A DNA stretch of 64,000 nucleotides, from NCBI RefSeq assembly GCF_004010195.1, contig NC_057718.1, forward strand, positions 55,150,196 through 55,214,195, read 5' to 3'. The position numbers were made by a program, and so were the translations under genes. This document shows positions 50,180-60,230 of this stretch, piece after piece. Below the pieces are notes generated by a model. It had not been told where the DNA came from. It saw only the letters and a program-made list of their open reading frames with translations, and searched no databases. Every line of letters starts with the position of its first letter. Positions within the stretch are counted from its first letter, which is position 1. The stretch is from Chiloscyllium plagiosum (taxonomy: Eukaryota).

Positions 50180-50917
50180 TAAGTTTGCTTGCTGAGCTGG
50201 AAGGTTCATTATCAGACGTTTCATCACCATACTAGGTATCATCATTAGTGAGCCTCCGGTGAAGCACTTGGTCGTATGGCCCGCTTTTTATTTGTATTTA
50301 GGTTTCCTTGGGTTGGTGATGTCATTTCCTGTTCTTTTTCACAGGGGGTAGTAAATGAGATCCAAGTCCATGTGTTTGTTGATAGAGTTCTGGTTGGAAT
50401 TCCATGCTTGTAGGAATTCTCATGTGTGTCTCTGTTTGGCTTGCCCTAGTATGGATATGTTGTCCCAGTCGAAGTGGTGTCCTTCCTCATCTGTATGTAA
50501 AGATACTAGTAAGAGTGGGTCATGTCTGTTTGTGGCTAGATGAGGAAGGACACCATTTCGATTGGGACGACATATTCATTCTAGGACAAGCCAAACTGAG
50601 ACACGTGCAAAAATTCCTAGAAGCATGGCACTCTAACCAGAACTCTTATCAACAAAGACATTGACTTGGATTCCATTTACAACCCCCTGAGAAAAAGAAC
50701 AGGAAATGACATCACCACAGAAAATGACATCATGAACCCAAGGAAATCTAAACACACAAATAAAAAGCTGGTCATACCACCAGTGTTTCACTGGAGGCTC
50801 CGTGATTATGACACCTAGTATGGTGATGAAACGTCTGAAAACAAACTTTCTAGCTCAGCAAGCAAACTTAGCTCAGGTTGAAGTTTTGGATCTACAAATC
50901 TTCCCAAAACCTGCTAA
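50180..50917. mobile_element. Penelope-like element, family 3, as a long inverted repeat
   Basis: DEEGHHFDWDDIFILGQAK...FLEAWHS (GIY-YIG C-terminus); arms ~50180-50492 and ~50538-50870; decayed hammerhead (...GAAACGTC) in both arms. Confidence 0.88.
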
Positions 50918-51439
50918 TGTATATAAAACAGTTAAAATTAAGCAGAGTAGACAGACAAAATGATAAACGGATGAAAATAAATTTAGGAATGTCTTCAATG
51001 AATAGTTCTGCAGTGAATGAATGGTTGTTTTATTGGTCTCCCCTTCTATTCTCTGTGAGGCTCTTTAGGGAGGAAGTTCATCAGACGAACTAGAAGAGAG
51101 TCAAACTTGATTGACTTCATAACCTAATGGGAAGATCTTGCAGCTACATGTACAGGCATTTATTATAAAATGGTGTTTTAAGTATGTCTGTCACGTTACA
51201 AGCACTGCATTTGCAGCGTTATCCTTGGAAACCTGTTATTTTGAAGCAAGAAGTTTCTCCGTGTTAGCAATTACCAGCTGATGTAGTTAACCTAAAATAC
51301 AGAGTACATTTGTTGCTAAACATAAACAATGTCATAGGAAATTCTCTAACTTGTTATGATTCTGTGATAACTTTTCACTGACTAATATTCCTTCTGTTTG
51401 AAGTTCCTTCAACCAATTCTAGCCTTTCTGGTTTTCCAC

Positions 51440-53290
51440 AGGTGGTTATGTTACTGAGACCTTAAGTAATGATTGAATTCAAGTTCCACCACATCAGCTG
51501 GGGAATGTAAATTTAATTGATTAAATAATTCTGGCATCAATAATAGTGATGACAAAATTATTAGATTGTCTTTAAAAACTCACCTGGTTTACTAATCTTC
51601 TTTTGGGATGGAAATCTTTGTTATTATTATTAAATCTAATCTTTATTTGTAGCCTCCGATACAGTGTTTGGTTCTTAACTGTATTCTGAAATGTCTTAGC
51701 AGTTTGATACAAATAGATAACATTCTATGAAAAACAGCAAGACTAAAACTAGATTGACCATCTGGTACCAAGTTAGGAATTAGACATGACAAAGGCAGTC
51801 CAGGCAACTCCACACTAACCGCTTATTTATACTAAAATTAGGAGACTCTCCCATTAACATGTCAACCAAGGGCTGACTTAGTGCCAGCCCTGTTATAACA
51901 TGGGTTGCTTTTAGCACAGCCAACCCATTTTCACTGACACTCAGGCCTATTATCAACATGCCTATCAGCTTTCAACACAGACAACCTCACTGCTACCCTA
52001 AGCTCTCATTGTCAGCTTCTCTTCTGACCCGGCCTGCTATCTGTAATCCCTTTGTTTACCCCTTCTATATTGCTGTCTCTCTGGGCTCCATCTCCACCTC
52101 TACCCCTGCAAGCCCCCCGTGCAAAAAAGTTCTCCAGCATAAAAAACAGCTATTTCCGATTATCAGTTTTGATGAAGTCACTAGACTCATTAACTCTGCT
52201 TTCTTCCCACAGATGCTGCCAGACTTGCTGAGTTTGGCCAGCAATTTGTTTCTATTTCAGATCTCCAGTGTCCACAGTTCTTTGTTTTATTCCAACTTGG
52301 CCTTACTCAGACTACATTATAACTTACAGACTACTCCATCATGAACCTTGGGTATGTTCTGTCTGACTAACAGGATGGATCCATCAGAGGTGACAGCATA
52401 ATAGTGTGCAATCAAGAGATTGTGATCCTGGTTGTCCAGACATTTACTCTGAACTCCATGAAGTTTCATGACATGAGGCCACGTATGGGCTACGAACACC
52501 CATGCTAATTACCATCTGCTGTCAACCCTCAACTGATGCATTTAATGACCCTCCATGTAGAGCACGAAGGAGAGCAAGTGTTTAAAATCTGCTCTGGGTG
52601 GGGGGGGGCTTGTGTGCGTCCCCAAAGCAGCATGGTAGTGTTAATTACAGAGCCAAATCCCTCAGCACATCTGAGGCATCAGCTTTAACAGGAGTGCAAA
52701 ATTATCTTGGCTACAAGTGCAGATAAGAGACTGGGTATTCTGTAGTGTGTGACTTAACAACTGACTTCTGCAGCCTATCTATCATCTAGAAAGGACTGTA
52801 AGGAATAGGAAAAGGATGAGGCAGTTTAGCCCCTTAGGCCAGCTCTATCATTCAGTAGGATCATGGCGGAGGGGTTCACTTCATTGGCATGTTACCTACT
52901 AACTAAAATATTCATGCCCTGTAATACTAGTACACAGGAGCAACAGTATGTACCATCTACAAGATGCACCACAGCAATTCATCAGGGTTTCTTCATGAGC
53001 ATCTCTAATAACGTTTGCTGCCTTTGAAGGGCAAGTACAGTTGTTTCATGAGAACACCTTCACCTGCAAGTTTGCTGCTAGATCATGTATCATCTTGAAT
53101 CGGAAATATATCACCACTGCTTCCTTGTTGGGTCAAAAACCTGCAACTTCCTCTGTCTCAACATTGTGAGTGGACCTTTTATCTCTGATTGTAGCAGTAC
53201 AAGAAGGCAGTTAACTTCCACATTTTCCAGGTCAACTCGGAATAGGTAATATATATTGAACTTGTCAATGCCCACAACCTATAACTGAAC
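51440..53290 (+). mobile_element. Deu-SINE head followed by CR1/L2-group LINE endonuclease and 3' fragments
   Basis: SINE ~51440-51700; KLGDSP (51835), LGYVLSD*QDGSIRGDSIIVC...LHEVS (52340-52470); LINE tail ~52920-53290. Confidence 0.65.
51890..52290 (+). mobile_element. Old PLE 3' end
   Basis: C-rich region, tttgatgaag, then cacagatgctgccagacttgctgag...tcagatctccag tail. Confidence 0.7.
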
Positions 53291-54889
53291 TTTTGCATTA
53301 GGGAGGAAGTTGTACTCTTATTTTAAAGATTGTACTATTTCCTTTCTCTACACAAAAATTGATAATTTCTCATTTTTGGAGGATTCCACCACCATTGTTT
53401 TTTCAATTGCTTAAAGCATTTTTGTGTTCCTAGAATTTATTTTTCTACTTCTAACATGTTATGGAATTATTTCTCCACTTAGGTTGTATGATCATATGGT
53501 CATACAGCATAGAAACAGACATTATCTCTTTATGTAATCCCATTCATGTTTTCATTTACTGGGATAATTATTTTGGTTTTTTTGTTTTCTCCAGTTTCTT
53601 ATGACCTATAAATTTTAGCTCAATGTGCTGTAAGAATGCCTGTTCCTCACTGCCATAATATAGTCTGTCATTACTTTACTTTTAAGTGATGGCCTGGAAT
53701 TTCTGAAAATTTGTATCAAAACAATGGCATGAACATGGCATAATGTGAATTTTCAGAACAGATAAAGACATTTGGATAGATGCTGTTCATTTGAAATGTC
53801 TGCAAAACCTTCCATCATATTATCACAGTACAGCTCTTGTTGTTTTCTCCCTCCCTGGCATGCAAAAGTGCAGCTCATGTAAGTTTCCAGTTCTGAATCA
53901 TCTGTGCATTGAATGAACTGAGGCCTGATCATTGACACCACCAGAGCCTGTCCAACATTAAATGTCTTTTTTGTTGGAATGTCTTATCCCACAGCTTCCC
54001 CCCCTCTAGTTTTCATTATGATGTGGTATCAAGTGTAAGGTCTTACAATGGTGTGACAATAGAGAAAAAAAAAATTGTCCTGAGCAGTGCTTCAGAGACC
54101 TATGTAAGATCACATCTTTTTGTTTCCTTTACTTTGGGCTCAAAGCAGTAACTTCACTTTCTTTCACTCCACAGATGAAATGAGATTGTACAAAGAGGTG
54201 GTTGTGGTTTTAATAATCATGTTCACTAGACCACACTGAGTTGCATATAATGTTGCAGGTTTCCTGGAACAGTGAAATGAAATTTGAACACTACCGAGCC
54301 ACTGAGCTAGAGGAAAAATTGCTTGACAACAAGACTCTGATCAGCTCCTGATGAGGTGATCACTGCTTGTATGGGGCCAGTGCTGAAGAACTCCCTAACC
54401 TGTAAAAAAGATAGCATCATAAATTCTCTCTTGATGGAGGTACCATAAAGTCTTCACATACAACTGGCTATCTTCCACTCACCTTCCCTGGACATCTCCT
54501 GCTGAAGGAGGAATAAAACCCCTTGAAAGACAGTGCACAGACCAATTCTCAACCAGTGAACCACCTACCAACAAAGAATTTAAAGGAATTGGACGAAACC
54601 AAAAGAAACAACTTAACTCCCATGGTTCATATTTCTCTGATTTCTTATTCCTTTACTGTCTTAGCATCAGTGTCTGTCGTTGTGTGAAGGGGGTAAGAGA
54701 AAGCCCATTCAAGAAGGGATAGAGTTCAAGTTATAGAGTTAAATGTTAGCAGTTCATGTTTCCTCAGTTCTTTTGGTTGAAGATAACTTTGTAATGAACA
54801 CGTTATTTTTAAAATAATTAAGTTATATAATAGACAATACAGAAACCTGGTGAGTTTTTTAAAATCTTCGTTTATCAGTCAGCTAAGGA

Positions 54890-54960
54890 CTTTTGACTTA
54901 GATTTTATTGTCACATGTAGAGGAATACAGTGAAAAGTGTACAAAATTGCCATTCTACAT
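54890..54960 (-). mobile_element. LINE/SINE 3' tail (Rex1/Babar-like)
   Basis: Minus strand ttttcactgtattcctctacatgtgacaataaaatctaa. Confidence 0.5.
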
Positions 54961-55189
54961 TGCTACAAAATACAAAACAATAATTTAAAAAAATAAATTA
55001 AAGCAGAACCAAAAGATAAATGTCCAGATTTTAAAGTCCTTATTCAAAAGAAAAGGAGGAAGTCCAGATTTTCAGTTCTTATCTTCCGGGGCCTAGCCCT
55101 GGCCTGGTGTTTTGGTCAGCAATTGCCTTTGCTTCTGCTGATGCTACCAACGATTGCTGGAACAAGCCCGTCTTGTTTCCCCAACACCC

Positions 55190-56558
55190 CAGGACAACAG
55201 CAATTAGTTCGGCCTACCCGCATTTCGGCTTCCCTAACCGCCCTTTGCACCTTTTAGCTGACTTCTAGGACAGCCTGCTCCGGTACCTGCCCAGGGTGAC
55301 AGTGCTGAGGACGGTCTACCCGCCTTCTGGCTCTCGCCCACCCTGATGTACCATCTGGCCTGTGGACTGCCCTGACATACCTTCCGACCGCCTCTAGGAC
55401 AGCTTGTCCTGATTACCCCTTCTCAGGACAACAGTGCTCAGAAAGCCTACCCACTTGTCTCTCAGGACGATCAGCATCGGGGTCGCCTACTACCCTCTAG
55501 CTTTCCGGGCAGCCTACCCACTTTCAGGTTCACAGGACGACCTGCCCACCCTCCACCCCTCAGGGTGACAGCTTTCAGGATGACCTATGAGCCTCCCAGC
55601 TCACAGTAAGGCCTACCAGACCCAGGGACACAAGACAGTGCAGGTGTTAAACCCAACAAGCAAAAAGACAGAGTCCATTATCAACAAACAGAGTCCCTTC
55701 TAATACAGAATTCATTACCCTAAACACTTTTCTTCAAAATGTAGAGTCCATTCCCAGGAACAGAGTCCACTCCAATATACAAAGTGCATTGTCAGAAATA
55801 GAGTCCACTCCAAACTGCAGAGTCCACGACCAAGGGCAACAAATGCATACCCCACAGCGCCCACACAGGTGTTCAGTCTCCATAGAGGCCTGGTTTATCC
55901 ATAGAGAACCAGGCTCACTCCCAGGAACACAGCACGTTTTAAAAGTACAGCTAACTCAGACGGGTTTGGCTCACTCCCAAAGGCAGAGTCCACTCCACTC
56001 CAGGATGCTGCAAATGCTCACTTCCCAGCACACAATGTTCAATCTTTACAGAGGCTTAGTCCACCAACAAGGGGCAGACCTACCCACAGGAACAGCTCAT
56101 CTGGAGAGATGTACTTTCTCACAAGGGCTCAGTCCAAACACCAAAAAAGTGAAAACACATTCAAAAAAACCAAAGAAAACCAGACTACAAGTGCTAAGCC
56201 CGGCCACAAAATCAATGTAGTCCTTTTCTCAAAATAAGAAAGAGTGACACACAGCTGTAGCCAGCCAGTGAAACAATGGTTCCCTAATGAGAACTGAGTT
56301 ACACTTGAAACACATTGACTGTTAGATCAGGCAGTTTAGAAATCAGTCCTCAATAAAAAAGGAATATCACTTAACAAAACTGGTGTTGTAAACCAGCCAG
56401 TTTAAGAATCGGGTTTCCCCCAAAATTCACAAAAACTAACAGTAGCAGTACACACCTGATGTGGGCAGCCAGCTCAGAGTCAGTCCACTTCCTGACATAA
56501 ATGGAGAGTCCTTGACAGTGCCCCAGCTCCCTCAGAGCCAGCTCTCATGGCAACATTC
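55190..56558 (-). mobile_element. Non-coding retro-element copy A (internal GC-rich and gagtccac(t) repeats)
   Basis: Collinear, diverged homology to 56840-58060. Confidence 0.7.
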
Positions 56559-58048
56559 CTTTTTTTTAATTTTATTACAAAATTACAAAACAGTTTACAA
56601 AAAGGAAAATTTAACATTTACAGCTATATACTAAAGCAATTTTACAAGGGAGAGGAGCAGCAAAGCCAGGCCCCAAACCCTACCGTTCAACCGGTTTACA
56701 GAGAGATGAGGACAAACCTCAAATCCCAGTTCCACATATGAAAAGACAGTGACAATGACATTTGTACATGAGACAATACAGATCCAGCAAGCCCCTGTCC
56801 CTCCCACCTTCCGGCCACTGTAAGGCAGCCCTCCCCTACACACCTTCCGGCTCTCAGTCCAACCCCTGCCCCTTCCAGTTCTCGATCTGCCCTGACACAC
56901 CTTTCAACCACCTCTAGGACAGCCCCTAGATTACCCCTTCTCGGGACGACAGCACTCAGTGCGGCCTTCCCACCATCTGGCTCTCAGGGCGACTGGCATC
57001 AGGGTGGCCTACCCACCCTCTGGCTTTCGGGACAGCCTACCAACCTTCAGGTTCACAGGATGGCCTACCCACCCTCCAGCTTTCAGGACAACTCATGAGC
57101 CTCACAGCTCACAGTAAGGCCTGCCGGACTCAGGGACACACAAGACAGTGCAGGTGATAGACCCAATAAACAACACAATACAGTTAATTACCGAAAAAGT
57201 CCTTTCTGGTACCGGTCCAAATAGAGTCTTCAAAATATAGAGTCCATTCCCAGGAATGGAGTCCACTTCAGTTTTTGAGGTGCATGGTCCAAAACGGAGT
57301 CCACTCCAAACTGCGGAGTCCACTCCAAACCAGAGTCCACGCCTGAAGGCAGCAAATGCACACCGCTGAGCACACAGATGTTCAGTCTCCATGGATTCCT
57401 GGCCCAGCCTTGGAAAATCAGGCCCACTCACAGGAACATAGTACATTGTACAGGTGCAGTTAACTCACAGGGATTTGATCCACTCCTGAAGGCAAGGCCT
57501 TCGCCCAAACTCCAGGATACAGCAAGTGCTCACCTCCCAGCACACACAGGTGTTCAATCTTCGGATGCCCAGTCCCAGGGCTAGACCTCCCCACAGGAAC
57601 AGCTCCTCTGGTAAAATGTATGTCTTCCACAAGGGCTCAGTCCAAACACCAATAAAAAGTGAAGACACATACAAAAAACAAAGAAAACTAGAATCCAAGG
57701 GCTAAGCCCTACAACAATATTAACATTATCCTTTTCTCAAAAAGAGTGAAAAGAGTAACACACAGGCTGTAACCAGCCAGTGAAACAATAATCCCCTAAT
57801 GAGAACTGAGTTACACCTAAAACACATTCTGTGCATCAGGAGTTTAACAATCAGTCCTCACAAAAAGGAATGCCAGTTCGCAAACTGGCTAATTAGTTCA
57901 GCCAGTTCAGGAATCCGGTTTCCCCCTCCCAAAAAAAAAGGAAGCAGAAACTAACAGTAACACACTGACTATAACACCAGCCAGCACAGAGTCAGTCCCC
58001 TTCCTGACACAAATGGAGAGTCTTTGATAGTGCCCCAGCTCTCATGGC
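56559..58048 (-). mobile_element. Non-coding retro-element copy B, polyadenylated
   Basis: Minus-strand AATAAA (56571-56576) and A-tract (56560-56567) abut the head of copy A. Confidence 0.75.
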
Positions 58049-58063
58049 GACATTCCTGTTCTT

Positions 58064-58436
58064 TTTTTTTAAACCCCCACTTATTTTTTCTCCCAGCACC
58101 CATGTGTGTGTGCAGGTGTGGGACACAGTGAAGACATTCCTGTTCTTTTTTTCAGGTGTGAGACACAAGGTGTACGAATCTTTATTCAATTTCCACCACC
58201 AGGAAGAAAGGAAACACCCGAGTAGCCAGTGACAAGCAGTGCCCTTCACAAAAAAGGGCAATGCTGTGTGATCAAACAGTGAAGGGGAGGGCAGGGACTA
58301 AATCAAAATAGAGTTGGAGGGGGAAATAATGCATTTCACTCCCTGCGGCACCCACCTTTCCCTGAACAACTCCAGGGTGTTTGTGGACACCGCATGCTCC
58401 TTCTCCAAGGATACCTGGGCCCTAACGTAACCGCGG
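58064..58436 (-). mobile_element. Tx1/L1-clade LINE 3' end
   Basis: Minus strand RGYVRAQVSLEKEHAVSTNTLELFRERWVPQG; A-tail; gacattcctgttctt at 58049, 58133 and 58437. Confidence 0.8.
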
Positions 58437-58544
58437 GACATTCCTGTTCTTCTCTGTCTGCCTGGGATCCCTGTTTGGGGCTGTTAATCTGATCCAATCA
58501 GGGAACTCATATAATATGAGATCCACCTGGCTGACGACATTACA
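58437..58544 (-). mobile_element. LTR-like 5' segment
   Basis: Minus strand begins TGTAATGTCGTCAGCCAGGTGG, contains an ATTGG (CCAAT) box, and continues into the head of copy B once the Tx1 insert is removed. Confidence 0.55.
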
Positions 58545-58549
58545 ATCAC

Positions 58550-59010
58550 TGAGGAGGCAGTCCAGCAAAGGATCATAGGCTAATCCGGAATATGGAGGGA
58601 CTGTCTTATGAGAAAAGATTGAGGAAGTCGGGCCTGTACTCGTAAGAGTTTAATAAAATGAGAGGTGACCTTATTGAAAAATACATGATTCTTAGGTGCT
58701 TGACAGGATGGACGTGGAAAGATCATTTCCCCTTGTAGAAGATGGGACCAGACGGCATAATCACAAATAAGGGTAATTCATTTAAGACTGCTAGGAGGAG
58801 GACTTTCTTGTCTCCGAAGGTGGTGAATCTATGGATTTCTTTTTTACTGCAACTTGCTGTAGAGGCTGGGTTATTTAGCATATTCAGTTTGAGATAGACG
58901 CATTTCTAATCAGCAAGGGAATCAATGGTTATGAAGAAAAACCAACAAACTGGAGTTGAGGATTATCAGATTAGTCACAATGGGCTAAATGAGTCTTGTA
59001 CCCAATCTTG
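58550..59010 (+). mobile_element. CR1 3' fragment
   Basis: MEGLSYEKRLRKSGLYS...MRGDLIEKYMIL. Confidence 0.82.
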
Positions 59011-59039
59011 GACTAGCGAAGAACTCACTAGCACTTTGC

Positions 59040-60230
59040 ACTTTAAAGGTCACTGTCACCTTATATTGCAATGCTCCCATCAGGTTACTGCATCCAGGGA
59101 CACATCCATCTCCTGCACTTGCACAGGTGCATATCTCTGTTCTTTGCTTCTTTTCTTAGCATTGACTCAGTATGCTCATTTGAACATGTGAAGCACCTTT
59201 GCCTTGCCTTTTTCATTGTCAAAAGGTCAGGTAGCTTGTCACGGTTATCAGCACTGAATAGTCAAAGGATGGATATGTTGTTTTACAGCATCGTTCTGTC
59301 TCAGTGTCATACCTGCAAAATGTGCCAGGACCTGCCATGGGACAAAACCAAAGTCTGAAAGTCTAATGGAGTAGTGTTTAGCAAATGAAGTGGGATTAAG
59401 TTGGTCCCACCACACTAAGGCAAGGGCATTGTTTAATCTCAGTCAAAGGGGTTAACTGGAATCTTATTTAAGGCGATTTAGGTAGTAAACTTTAAGGGAG
59501 GTTATCAGGGGACAATCCATGCTTTCCTAAATGTGGGGAAAGTGGAGTTTGGAGCCAATTTGCTGGGACTAAGTGGGGATAATGACTGAAGGAGTGACAC
59601 GATAAATACAAGGATGGGGTCTGATAGCATGAGATCTTGCGGGAAGAGGTGGGGGATTTACAAGTCAAGGTCATCCTGGCAAAAGGAAAGATTAAGTGAA
59701 ATGAAAGTGGCACAATGAAGCTGTTAATAGTAATGTGAGATCAGAAGGGTGTCTCTAGTGACTGAATAGGAAGTGCTGGGAGCAGGAGGGTGCAAGTACT
59801 TTGGCAGGATGAATGAGTGAAAGCCGTTGAGTGAAGCTACTCCATGCAGTAGTGAGAGCGGTAGACCTGATAGGAGGTGTGTGTTCAGTGACAGAGTTTG
59901 TGTGTGGTAGTAGGGAAATACGTGATGGCACTTCTCGAGGACTGTAGAAAGTGAATGACTATTGTTCTAGCTTGGAATTCTTCTCATCAGGAAAGGTTGC
60001 CATCTTGGTCCATGCCATCTGTGTCTAGTGACGTGGCCTCTTTAGCAGTTGAGAGGAAAGGCTGCAGCCCTCTTTTCCATCCCATCTGCCAGACCTACAA
60101 GCACCTAGCCATAAGCTAGAGTACCTGCTACCCTTCACAGCTGTTTAAAGATAATTTTGGTTGGGGAATAGACTTTTTGTTACAGTTTCTGGCTTGTGGC
60201 GTTTGACCCGGAGAGTATGTGAGGTTTTAG
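59040..60230. mobile_element. Possible PIF/Harbinger-derived relic
   Basis: Weak SYLQ-like (+, ~59305) and AWTKMA Myb-like (-, ~60010) remnants. Confidence 0.25.

Noticed and set aside
54034..54890. Possible LTR pairing with the TACA end at 58544
   Set aside because: No convincing TSD; the 58437-58544 segment is better explained as the head of the minus-strand element
55670..57345. Spaced gagtccac repeats resembling a CRISPR array
   Set aside because: Eukaryotic context; short, irregular, degenerate repeats; no cas genes
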